From NCBI GenBank assembly GCA_951406725.2, contig OX597826.1:82646001-82710000 (forward strand): 64,000 nucleotides of DNA. The letters are read 5' to 3'. This document shows, in pieces, positions 26,055 through 40,230 of the stretch. This DNA comes from Octopus vulgaris (taxonomy: Eukaryota). The notes under the pieces were generated by a model. It saw nothing but the letters and a program-made list of their open reading frames with translations. It had not been told where the DNA came from and did no database searches. The position numbers and the translations under genes are program-made. Positions within the stretch are counted from its first letter, which is position 1, and each line of letters begins with the position of its first letter.

Positions 26055-26154
26055 TCTCTATCTGAAGAAGGAATACTCCGCTACTATATAACTTAGCTTT
26101 AATGGCCGAGAAATACATTATATGTGCATCTATTCTGGAAACAGCTGTAAGAGA
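26055..26154 (+). ncRNA. Hammerhead ribozyme-like motif (degenerate stems)
   Basis: CUGAAGA(26062)-A-GGAAUA...UAUUCU-G-GAAA-CAGCUG-UA; same palindromic stem III as 22754; stem I UCUCU/AGAGA imperfectly registered. Confidence 0.5.
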
Positions 26155-26499
26155 CTATCTGCACACACCCTTACTCCCTTATTTCCATGATATACTTTAT
26201 ACTAACAAGTCTATTGTATCAACTCTGCAATTTTGTTTAAATATATAAATTCCAAGCTCTAAACTGCTGCCAATTGTTTGTCTACTCGTTCTTTCTTTCA
26301 ACTGTACCGTTGAATGATATGCCTCTTAATGCTGTCCATTATTATGCAGCGAAAAAAATCGCCTTTTATTTACGCCGCTGTTCAAGTCTGAGATTTCGGT
26401 GATAAGTCAACCGAGCACATCTTGTATAAACCTTTTACATTACGTCATAATTTCTCTCTCTCTTTCTCTCACTCTCTCTCATTCTATCTCTCTCTATCT

Positions 26500-26554
<55 letters not shown>

Positions 26555-26576
26555 AGAACAAAGTGTACGTACGACG

Positions 26577-26621
<45 letters not shown>

Positions 26622-26643
26622 AGAACAAAGTGTACGTACGCCG

Positions 26644-26694
<51 letters not shown>

Positions 26695-27533
26695 CACGAG
26701 TTACTGAAAAGAGTATGGGAAATTCGGGCTACATTTCAGGCCAACGATATCTTGATTAGATTAAAGGTTACATTGTCGAATGGAGGTACATGTTGACGCA
26801 AAGCTTCAATCAGAATGTATCATATATATAAATACCGTGTACATATAAAAACATAAGAGGTGACCATCAAAGGGCACCTAGCATGCTAGAAGGAGTAGCC
26901 AAAATCAAAACCACTATTAGCGATACATTTCGAAGGGAATGAAAGAGCTTAAAACGGTGTAATTAAAGAATGACTAGAATTCCTACAACAGTTCACAATG
27001 AATATGAATCAATTCTTCCACGTATTAAAGCTATAAATGAGTAACAAAGCTTTCTATTGGTGATAAGAATATGTTTAAACATTTAACTTGTCATTTATGC
27101 TTGAGGTTTATGCGATCATCTGAGGAGAACGATTTCTTTGTAATGATGTAATGTTTTCATTTGTCAATTAAAGGAGTCACTTGAAACGGCCGTAATTAAT
27201 TGACACTTATACATATTGTTACTCATTTATATTTCACCCATCTTCCCTGGAATTTGCACTCCCGAAGTATTTAGAAAGTGCCTTTATATATATTACCATG
27301 TCTGAAGAAACAAGACCGGATTTATTCACTAAATTGGATCGAGCCAGCTGCATACACTGCAAGAATACCAGGGGGATAAAAATGTTTATGTAGATTGTGA
27401 TACTCACCGAATATTGTGTGAGTATACAAATAAGTTCGTCCAAACAAGGTGCCTCAATTCAAATTAGTAATTCAACTGAGTCTAAATTATATATGTAAAT
27501 ATGTATGCATGTATGCATATATAATACATATAC

Positions 27534-27585
<52 letters not shown>

Positions 27586-27605
27586 ATATAGATAAATAAA
27601 TATAT

Positions 27606-27798
27606 AACCACATGTGAATCGTTGGTGATTTTCTTCCTCCGTTATTGGACTTTCTTCTGTTTCTGAAGAAGAGCGTTGCTCGAAACGTTAAACCATCTTT
27701 CTTCCCTTCCCTGAGCGTCTGCTAATATTTTACAGGTACCATTGTTGTCGCATTGCTGTGTTTTGTTTTTGTTTGTTCTTATTTTTGGGATTTACTAA
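27606..27798 (+). mobile_element. Hammerhead-containing mini-element, subfamily B, canonical core
   Basis: GUUU-CUGAAGA-A-GAGC-GUU-GCUC-GAAACGUU-AAAC at 27659-27693; TA-rich flanks. Confidence 0.75.
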
Positions 27799-28184
27799 GT
27801 AAATATATACTCATATACACATATCTATGTACATAAATGTATGCATTGATGCATATATATATATTTATATATACGTACATGCATCTATATACATATGAAC
27901 ATATATACATACATAAGTATGAATATATATATATTTATATCTACTTGCACATACGTGCAAACACACACACATTGATATATATAAAGGAAATACATTTCTA
28001 TTTGCATGTGTGTGTGTGTGTGTGTGTGTGGCATTCATGTGATCATCGGACATCGATATCTAACTAAATGTTTGAAACGAAGAAAAATATGATGTGAATA
28101 TATATATTTTCTCTGTATATGTATATGTGTGTGTGCGCGTGTGTATATACATGTGCATGCATATGTACATATACATATATATAC

Positions 28185-28234
<50 letters not shown>

Positions 28235-28414
28235 ACATACACATATATATATATATACATATATATATGTATACATACATATATATATATATGTATATAT
28301 ACATCTATATATATATATATATGTATACATACATATATATATATGTATATATACATCTATATATATATATATACATACATACATACATATGTGTGTGTGC
28401 ATAAATATATGTAC

Positions 28415-28585
<171 letters not shown>

Positions 28586-28675
28586 CTTTGATACTTTGAT
28601 ACTTTGATAGGTTTCGGCCATTATTGGCCCAGGCCATGTCTAACTTAATAGCACCACCTGGTGAAGTCTTTCAAG

Positions 28676-31600
28676 TCAGAATTTGGGCACTATGGCCCAC
28701 TCAAGTAGAGAGTTATTGTTTACAGAGACATATCCGGGTGTAGGGGGTTTATCCGGGATTTCTTGAAGGAATCTGTCCAAAGACTTCTTGAACCCTATAG
28801 GGTCAGTTTCTGTTTTAATGTGTTTTGGTGTAATGTTAAAGAGAGCGGGGCCAATTGAGGTGAAAGAATTGTGCCGTATTGTTGTTATGAGATGAGAGTG
28901 CGATTTTTGTTTTGGGCGGATGGCACGGGGCCCAAGCCTTGGATGTACCTTAAAGGTGATGCCAACATCATTTGGGCAATGCTGATGGAATATTTTCCAC
29001 ATCATGCAGATGATGTAGCGCTCACGACGACGTTGGAGAGAATAGAGTTTTAGCTTTTCTAGTCGACCCCAATAGTCGAGGCCTGTCATGCCATCTATCT
29101 TTTTTGTGATTGCCCTTTGAGGTGCTTCGACTTTTTTGATACCTTGTATTGTGTGGGGAGACCACAGTGGACAACAGTATTCAAGGTGGGGTCGGGCAAA
29201 AGTGGAGAAGAGAAGGATAATGGTGTGGATATCTCTCGACTGGAAAGTTCTGAGAATCCAGGAACACATTCTGCGGGCCATGTCAACTTTGGTGTTTATA
29301 TGAGTGGCCCAGCTTACGTTGTTGTCCACAATTACTCCCAAGTCTCTGATGTTGTTGGACGCCGCGAGAGTTTCACCTGAAGGAAGGGAGTATGGGAGTT
29401 TCAGGGCATCCTCTTTTCCAAAGTGGATTAGCTCAAATTTATCCTCGTTCAGCAGCATATTGTTTTTTTCTGCCCATTGGATAACAGCCAGTAGATCTGA
29501 CTGAAGGCATGTCCGGTCACTCGCCTCATTTATGACCTTCTGTAGCTTGGAGTCATCTGCAAAGATTTTTATGTTGCTGTGCTTGATGATGTCATTAATG
29601 TCATTAATGTAAATGATGAAAAGAAGTGGGCCCAGCACAGTGCCTTGCGGAACGCCACTACTGACTTTGGCTGGGCTTGATTTTACCCCTTCAACTACAA
29701 CATGTTGAGATCTGTCTGTCAGGAAACACTTAATCCATTTCAGTAACTTTCCAGAGACACCAATGTTGGATAGTTTTTTCAATAGGATCTTGTGATCGAC
29801 CCTGTCGAAGGCCTTACTGAAATCAAGGTAGATGACATCGGTGTTGGAGCCCTCTCCCAAAGCTCTCAAAATGTCCTCAAAGTGATGCAGGAGCTGCGTT
29901 AGGCAGTCCCTTCCATTACGGAACCCATGTTGGTTGGAGATCAGCCGTCTGTTGCTTTCCAGAAATTGGGTTATTTGAGATCTCACCACCCTCTCAAATA
30001 CCTTGATGATATGAGAGGTGAGTGAGATCGGACGGTAATTCACTGCAAGGGACTTGTTTCCCTTTTTGAAAACTGGGACAACAGACTGGGACAGAAGGTT
30101 TTTTGGAATATAGCCAGCATCCAGTGAGTTTCTCCACAGATTAGCAAGGGGAGATGCAAGTTGGTGTCGACACACCTTCAGGACACAAGCAGGGAACCTA
30201 TCGGGGCCTACTGCTGAATTGTGTTTTATTTCGTTTATCGCCGCTAAGACATCAGGGGCACTAAACGTTATGTCCGATATAGTGTGTTGGGGGTTGACAT
30301 CACTGATACAGCCCAGATCGGCCATATCAGGATTGCTGAAAACAGAGCAGTATTGTTTCTGCAGTATCTCGGCCATGGATTTGGCATTATCTTGGAGAGT
30401 GCCAGTTTCGTCAATTAGAGGGCCTACAGTGGAGACAGTGACCCTGCGTTTCCTCGCAAATGAAAAGAACACTTTGGGGTTGAGTTTGATTTTTTCAATG
30501 GCCCACTTCTCCTCAGCTGATCTTTGGTTATTGATGAGGGACTTCATGCATTGTTGGAGGTTATATTTTTTGGATTCAAGCAGTGCGATAGCCGTCGAAT
30601 GTGTGTGTTGCTGTTGGCAGTACTTTAGTTTGTTAATTTTTTTGTTTGTTCTTTTTATTTTTCTGATAATGGTTTTTCTGTTTTGGGGGATTCTGCACTT
30701 TTTGTTCACAGGTCTTGGTGGGGAGTGTTTTGCACATATGTCTGTGACGGTGTCTACAAAGATCTGCCAAGATGTTTTATGGTTGGTGGAGATGTGTGTA
30801 TGTGTAAAGGACCAGTCAACATTTGATAGCTCGTTCCTGATTGCATCCCAGTTGGCTTTATGGAGATCCATGTTGTCAAATGGGTGGGCTGGAGGAAGGT
30901 CACTAGGATTAGCTTTCGGCTGGTGGAATTTCATGTTACAGAGAACCATGTCATGGTCTGAAAGAAGGGTTTTTTCCACTGTAACGTTATGTATAGTGTT
31001 AGTGTGGTTACTAAACACTAGGTCCAAAATGTTCTGATGTCTTGTTGGTGCAAGGACAAGTTGGGACAAGAAAAACTCATTCGTAAAGTCGAAAAGTGAC
31101 TCTGCTGCTTCTTTGTCAGCGGTTGAGGCGGAGTGCTTGGTTTCAAACAGTTTGTAGTCCAGTCAACACAGGGTAGATTGAAGTCTCCCATCATGAGTAT
31201 GTTGCTAGAATGGCACTGTTGAATAAAGCACTTAATGCTGTTGAGGCATTCTTTAAAGCACAGTATGGGTGTTTGGGGCGGCCTATAGAGCCCAATTACT
31301 GTCAGATCATTGGCTTTGTTGTGCACGGTGACTGATTCACAGTAGCCGTTGGAGAATATACTATTTCCATCTGCCGTAAATGAATCATGCAGGAAAATGG
31401 CAGTTCCACCCATCCTCCTGCCGATACGATCCGCGCGGATGGTTGTGAAATTCTTCACTCTCACTTCGGCTTCCAAGTGGGAGTTGTCAAGGTGGGTCTC
31501 AGTGAGAATGAAGAAAGGGATGTGGTGTGAATGGTTACCAACCCAGTCTTCAATGAATTGGACCTTCCATTTTTGTGCATTGATGGAAGGGCTGACACCT

Positions 31601-31743
31601 TGTGCATTGAGTAGGAATGTGGAGGTTAGTGTAGTGGCTGGTTTTGACTGTTGCAGGGGCTTGGATTTTTTGTGTGTGTTAGTGGCAGCAATGTGGGGAA
31701 TTGGTGCACTGGGGTAATAGCATAGGATGGTGTTGAGTGATGG
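28676..31743 (-). pseudogene. LINE ORF2: APE endonuclease + reverse transcriptase, one frameshift near 31134
   Basis: APE motifs LLNAQG, LTETHL, RADR..RMGG, YRPP, MGDFNLP, ILDLVFSN, SDHDMV; RT motifs [40 protein letters not shown]; frame change between ...CLKPS and SASTADKEAAESLFDF. Confidence 0.93.
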
Positions 31744-31785
31744 CTAGAATGTTTTTGTGTATCTCTTTTGCCATGTTCAACATGG

Positions 31786-32907
31786 CTAAAAAGAATTTTC
31801 CTGCTTAGGGAGCAGTTTTTGGCTGGAGGTGTGGTTGCACTGTTGGATAGGGTTGTAGTTTCCACTTTTGTTGTTGTTGTTTTTGTGTCTTCCTGAAAAG
31901 ACTGGACCAGCATTACTGCAGCATGGTGTGTTTCTATTTTTATTGTTATTCAGGTTTGTGTGTTGGCTTGAGGCCCCGTTTCTGTTTGTGCGTCGGGTCC
32001 CTGGAAGATGAGTGAAGGGACAGTCACTCAGTAGACATGTTCTCTCACGTTGGGAATACCGGCAGATTTTGGGACTCCGAGTTGTGTGTGTTTTGAATTT
32101 CGATTTACTATTTGGTGGTGTTGATGTTATTGTGGGATGCGTGCTTTGGCCTTGGCCAGTAGTGCGTCTAGTGCCGGGTAGATGCGTGAAGATGCAGTCA
32201 CTATTTGTGCAGAGTCTCTGGCGCAGTGAATAGCGGCATATTTGGGGATTTCTTGTTTGTGCCGTGGGGGGCGCATTCTGCTTCCTATGTTTCTTTAAGT
32301 TTTTGTTACTGCAGTAGTATTGAGGTGGTGATGTGGGGAAAGAGGGCAGTGGTTTCTTATTTGGTTTTCTGTTGGTATTTTTGGTGATAGAAGACGATGG
32401 TGGCAGCGGTGGTGATGATGATGATGATAATTGTGGTGGTTGCTGTGAGAGCGGTGAAAAGATACTGGCATTTAGTGAATCGTCTAGTAAGCTAGAGTTG
32501 AGGAGTGGCTGTTGTTGTTCTTGTTGCTGTGGCTGTTGTTGTTGTTGTTGTGCCTGACCGATGTCAGGGTCAGCCATTGTGTTGGGAACCAGGAGTGGCT
32601 CATTCTGTTGTTGTTGTTGTTGTGGCTGCTGATTTTCTAGCTGTTGTTGTTCTTGATCTGTGAAAATATGTAGAAGCTTTTCATAATGGCCTCTTATCAG
32701 TTTGAAAGATACTTCGATATGTTTCAACTTGCTACGAATCTGTTTGACGGATCGTGTGTTGACCACTTGTGATGTTTTTTCGGCAATCTCATTCAAACAC
32801 AAGACATTTAGATTTTCTGTTTGGGAAAGAGAGAGCCATGTGTTTATTAAAACATCAATTTCGTTATCAGACCAATTTCGTCTGTTGCAGGCCTGCAAGT
32901 TAGTCAT
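31786..32907 (-). CDS. LINE ORF1 (373 aa): Myb/SANT-like N-terminus, Q/S/P-rich linker, two CCCH zinc fingers
   Basis: ATG at 32907 ([24 protein letters not shown]...IAEK...[13 protein letters not shown]); two C-x8-C-x4-C-x3-H-LPGTRR repeats; upstream part of the 846-aa track ORF is TA repeat and UTR. Confidence 0.85.
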   Translation of the reverse strand: MTNLQACNRRNWSDNEIDVLINTWLSLSQTENLNVLCLNEIAEKTSQVVNTRSVKQIRSKLKHIEVSFKLIRGHYEKLLHIFTDQEQQQLENQQPQQQQQQNEPLLVPNTMADPDIGQAQQQQQQPQQQEQQQPLLNSSLLDDSLNASIFSPLSQQPPQLSSSSSPPLPPSSSITKNTNRKPNKKPLPSFPTSPPQYYCSNKNLKKHRKQNAPPTAQTRNPQICRYSLRQRLCTNSDCIFTHLPGTRRTTGQGQSTHPTITSTPPNSKSKFKTHTTRSPKICRYSQRERTCLLSDCPFTHLPGTRRTNRNGASSQHTNLNNNKNRNTPCCSNAGPVFSGRHKNNNNKSGNYNPIQQCNHTSSQKLLPKQENSF

Positions 32908-33239
32908 GTTTGTTTTTCTTTTGTTTGTTTTCCTTTTGATTTTTGAAAATATATATATTCTTTCTTGGGAGTTAAAGAAGTGTATATATATATAAATGTT
33001 CTCTCTTAAGGGTGTGAGTTTTTGATTATTTGGTTGTTTGAGGATATTAAAAGAAAAAACAGGTGTATATAACAATTTGTAGTTAAATGAAAACATACTT
33101 ACGGGTTTGTAGGCAAACACGTGGTTACAAATATATATATATTTAAGGTCAGTTAGTTTTGAAGCTGTGTAGCTTGCTACTGACTCGGGAGAGAAACAAA
33201 TAGACGTCCGTCCAGTTCGACAGTTAATCCACATATATT

Positions 33240-34801
<1,562 letters not shown>

Positions 34802-34856
34802 TATATACATATATATACATATATATATATACATATATATACATATATATATATAC

Positions 34857-34899
<43 letters not shown>

Positions 34900-37800
34900 C
34901 GTACGTATATTTATGCACAAACACACATATGTATACATCATACTGACCGGTTGTAACCGCCTCACAAACGTTTCATGACTACTGCAACTATTAGTGCCAG
35001 AACTATTATTGACAGCAACACCTCGGATATTCTTAGTGGGAAAATACAAAAACGTGAAGCATTGAAAGAAACTCCAAAATCGGAAAGAACTGGTAAACAA
35101 AAGAAACTCGTGTAACGCTGACTTTCATATTTCTTGTCTACTTTTAAATTCAGTTACTTGAATAAATTGCTTTTCTTGATCAAGGTATGAAGTTATAGAT
35201 TCAATACAATGTAGGATATTGTCTACCATCCTCTTCGTTACAAATTGTCCATCCTTAGAAGATTATGAATGAATGAAAACGGAATCAGAGCCAGAAGAAG
35301 AGTGAGAATTTGGAAGATGTAAAACAGAACCGGAAGCTGAAATGTGAGGAAATACTGTCAGAAGACAAAAACTTGCGATACTTTTTATGAGTAGGGGACG
35401 AAGAAAATATTTATCCAGGAAGATATATTTCTTAATTTAAAGGAGAAAAGTTAGAAAACGGAAAATTTTTACAAATCACAGAAAGATCGGGGCAGAGAAA
35501 GTAATATGTGAGAAGCTTGGCTTTATTTTTCAAACGTCTATCTTTCCTGTCAGATATAAATATATACATGAAATAGCGAGGCAGATTTGTTAATATACCT
35601 CTGTAATATTTATACAGCAAGTCACAGAGTTGGAAAAAAATTAGTGGATATTTTCGTGCATATTATCGGACAGAACATAACATTTGAACGCATGTCGTCC
35701 CGAATGTCACCAACTCGAGATGTGAATTCATGAGAGTCCTTGTATCAAATTTGTTTTCTGTTTTGTTTTTTTTTAACTTGTCAGTCATTGAAAATTGTGT
35801 TTAATGATTCAAGAATGATATTTTATTTGTTTTACTTGAATGCATCTGAAGATTGTTTCTGGAACTTCAAGCGCTCAGATTGATGTGGCCTCCATGATTA
35901 ATGCCATTCCTGAACAACTGTAAATCAATTTCTGTTGGAAAAGCTGTGCGTAGCAGACAACAAAGTACCTTGCTAAAAATATTTCAATAGTGTAAATCCC
36001 TACAAGATCGCTGAAAACTAGGTGATGTGTCAAGTGTTTCACCCAAAAGGCCGAATGACCCCTTCATGTATGCTTTACATACGTTTGGTTCCCGAGCTTT
36101 CGTGAAATTCTCTTGTTAGGGGATCAAATCAAATGACATTGTATAGCCCATATATGGGTTATATATAAAATGTTTTAAGTTTCAATTTAGCAGCGTCGGA
36201 AAGGTTATACATGCAATGCACATATACTGCGAAGCAACTATCTTGACGTAAATTATTCATTGAAGATTTTCCATTTATTGTGCTATGAATTATTGCAAAA
36301 TATTTCCCTCCACGCTTATATTATACTTATCAATAATAATTAACTGTAGAAGTTAGCAATGGAGTTATTATAACTATCAGCTAATTTTCATTGTTCCACG
36401 AACGCCGTACTTCTATGAGTGGTATTCTGTTCGGTTGTAAAACATAGACTTAACAGAATACTATCCACTATGTTCACAAATAAATGATATTCGGGGTAGA
36501 AACGAAGCGCTTACTTTCACGAAAAGCACAATGGCTCTGTCTTCAAATTTAGGCTTGATAACCAAATGATATATATTGCATCAGTTTCTATAATATCTCT
36601 CTATCTTTCCCTCGGTTTCTAAGCGGCAAGAGAGTGCAAGATGAAGTATTTTACGTTTTATGGCGATATTTGACCGGCTGTGCAGGTAGGGTGTACTCAA
36701 TGCCTTCCACATTTGCTGGGTGGCCACTATATTGGAGTGATCTGATCTCAACCTGGATTAATGTGTTTATTACATTCTCTTTAGAAAATGGAATGAAGGC
36801 TGTGAGTTAGTGGGATCCTCGACCAGTCCTGGGATGGAGTTCATTCAATTCGTCAAATTCGAAGAAAGATAATCTTAATTTTAGTAGTGGGTGCTATCGC
36901 AGTCCCATATATTCATGGAAATACAGCCAGAGAAATGGTATAAGCAGCTGTTTAACTGTCTAAAGAAATAGCTGTCAGTGAATAGGATAAAGGAAGTGTT
37001 TAAATATTATTGCCTATAGCCTAGATTTACGATGTTTCTACAAACATTAGGGTGACTTTTCTTTTCTTTTAATTCTTTTTCTGAAAATAGACTTCAGTTT
37101 CCTTGTGATTGTTATAAATCTAAGTTTATCTTCGGTGTATCATTCGAAGTCAAAGTATTAAATTTATTTGGCAATGAACGTTAGTAATGTCGTGTTTTGG
37201 TTTACACTTAGATCTCATATATTAGTTTTTAGACCAGATAGAAAGTAAATTAGACTTGATTTTTGACTCTATCGTCTGTGTAATGAAGTTATTTAGCAGA
37301 ATTGCTATCGACAAGAAATTCATTGTTAATATGGACATATTAGTAAAATATTCTGTTCTAATTGGTGTAGGCCATAACGGTTAAGGAATACGTATTTCGT
37401 TTTTTAACTCACTTTGTAGCAGACAAAAATCTATGATCGTATCTTATAGGCATGTTCTGTGTGTGCAATATGATGTGTACATATGTATTTACATACAAAT
37501 ATATGTATTTTCGTTTACAACACTTAAAATCCGTTTACTTACGTATATTTTGAAAAGTGGAAGTTGATTAAATATGAACGAAACTTTTAAAATAAATTCT
37601 AGAATTGTTGTGACTGGTTAAATTCGTGAAGCATTGATCCAACAGGCTTCAGTCTAGTCAGCGGAATCTAGAAGGAAAGTAACAGAATTTGTTTCTAGTG
37701 AAAGGAAGAAATCTCTCCAGTAACATAGCAACACTTTGACGGAGATGCTCTTCACCAGTTTATCATCAGAATTGATCGCCGGAAGTCGAGCGTTTATGGT

Positions 37801-39957
37801 TGCAGAATCAGCTTTGGAAGAGTTGATAAACACACTAGGAAGAGTTTATCGCTGAATTATCTGATGTTAATCTCTTAATAGATTTGCTACCACTGCGGTT
37901 TAATTTAGAAATTATCGTTTGTTGATTTAATAACAGTTGGGCGATGATAAAACACTTGAACAAAATTCTTAAAAGCTTCTAAACGTGTCACGTTATTATC
38001 AGGTGCAAATTCACTGAGCTTGCGATTCTTATTATTATTTGAAGGTAGAATCGTTTCGTTTCACCCTTTTACAATAAAGTTTAACCTTTTAGTAATAAGT
38101 GTCACAACTTCACATGTTCCTTAAAACAATGACGTTTACTGCTCCTGTTACTACTGATGGACACTTTATATAACAGTTAAATCTGTCCTCGGTGAAACCA
38201 TGTGTGCCACCTGGTGGTCTCTTCGGGTGTTAACGACGCAGAATCAGCTTAGTTCCTTCACCTGCTTCAAACTTCCTGTATTATCTTATATCACGTAGAC
38301 ACATTGGATAATGTAGGCTACAATAAACTACGTTTATCTAATTCCTATTTATTAACAATATGATTAAATGGAAAAGGATGAGACACCTTTAAGCATCGAT
38401 ACATTCTATTATGACTGACATGGAGACACTCAACAATTTTGAATACAAAATACAAAATAAATATTTATAATATTCAAAGCGAATTAATAAATTCTATTTG
38501 TAACGTATTTAAAGTTCATTCGGGAACTAATTTGTTATTCATCCTCTTCCTATCCTTAGATTGATATAAATACCAGAAATAGAGCAGAAATAGAGCTTGG
38601 TCATAGTCCACTAACTTGAAACCAGTAAAACACATGTTAGGTCGATTTGTTCAAGTGTCTCTTATGCAAACTTAGTGTGTTTCTTATGCCAAAAATCAAT
38701 AAACATCTGGGGAAACAAGGGTGGCAAATAGAATTTCTTCTTAATTGAACTATCGCCAAGAAATTGTCTCTAAAGACGTTAGTACAGAATGAAATTATCA
38801 CCAATATCACCTTGCTTATTTAATCAAAATGGGAATCTATTCGCGACTACAAATGTAATATTCTGCATTGTAACCTAATTCTGATTTCATTATCATTGGC
38901 TGCTGCATGCGAACGTCTTCAAGAAGTATTTCGGAACTAGATATATCTCTGGTAAAAGGTGTTTGTAACATATTAACTGATTAACCTTTTTACTCCAATA
39001 AACAAACATTTTGTTTCGCATTCTTTTGAATGGGATCAATAATGAATAATTGAATAAATAAATAAAAACTAACCAAGAAATTATTTGTCATTTCTGTAAA
39101 TTTGAGGATTTTTAAGATATATTTAACAATTAAATTATTTCATTGTTTTCTTAAATTAGTGTAGTAAATAGTCAGAAGCGAAAGGGTTTCTTGTAAATGC
39201 GAAGAGGAAAGTTTCGCCTAATACAGTGTTTAACAATATTCCGATTCTCTGCGCTCTGATTTCAAATCCCAATGAGATCATTTGTGCCTTTCATCCATTC
39301 AGAATCGATAAATAAGGTGTCTTGCTTGGCAGAACTGTTATTGCATCGGTCTTGATGTCTTGTGCTATCTACTGTGACTCGTTGCGTCTTCATCTGGCAC
39401 TTCAGCAATATTGGCGCTAAGCTGAACTTGATTCTGTCTTTTCCTTCCTTAACCAATAACAGTGACATGAAGAATAGGAGACATCATTAGAAAGGAGTGT
39501 TTCCTCAGGTATGTGCCTTGCAAAGAAATCTCAAGGTGTAAGTTCATGGTCTCATCAAATATAGAAGTGCCCAGATCAATTTACATGAGGCATTTATTTT
39601 AACCTGAGTGTGATTCGATCTCACAGCGTCGGAGAAGCAACATTAAATAAAATACGATGAATGACATGTCTTACGAATTCATTACTCTAGTATCTTTCAG
39701 AAAAGCTAGAATACATTAATCCAACCGTTGTTTCACCAAACAACCTTTGATATCACACGTTGCAAAGATTCGAAAGTTTCATAGTACCTTTGAAGGGATA
39801 ATAACATATTTTCCTATTAGAATTCGATTCACTTCAAGATAAAGGATTATAGAAATATTAAATCCAAACAGTTACGTAGCAGTTCATACACACCGCTCAC
39901 AACATCGACACAGAAAAAAAACCCAATGATTCACTGATATATATATATATATTAGTT

Positions 39958-40108
39958 GGGGAGAATTCACAAAAAACCCAAAAGACGAAGACAGATGGTG
40001 TAGACAACAAACAGATGTATTAGTTTAACGCTCGGGAAGTGAAAAAGTCTTTAACGTTTCGAGCCTACGCTCTTCCACAGAAAGAAACACAGGAGAGAAA
40101 ATAAAGAG
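39958..40108 (-). mobile_element. Hammerhead-containing mini-element, subfamily A
   Basis: Minus motif UCUUU-CUGUGGA-A-GAGC-GUAG-GCUC-GAAACGUU-AAAGA (40048-40085); (TA)n both sides. Confidence 0.75.
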
Positions 40109-40157
40109 TATATATATATATATATATATACATGCATGTATATATATTGTGAGTGTG

Positions 40158-40230
<73 letters not shown>

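Larger units (their letters stand above)
28587..33233 (-). mobile_element. Near full-length two-ORF CR1-like APE/RT LINE inserted in (TA)n
   Basis: 5'UTR ~32908-33233, ORF1, APE-RT ORF2, short 3'UTR with GGCC-AATAAT-GGCC-GAAAC hairpin and (ATCAAAGT)3 tail; long pure TA tracts on both sides. Confidence 0.95.

Noticed and set aside
30219-31037. 272-aa plus-strand ORF
   Set aside because: Antisense shadow of LINE ORF2 with no independent motifs
35200-36100. Acidic-coding patch and Cys-rich patch suggestive of a decayed piggyBac-like transposase
   Set aside because: No continuous frame, catalytic motif or TTAA/TIR pair could be confirmed by eye
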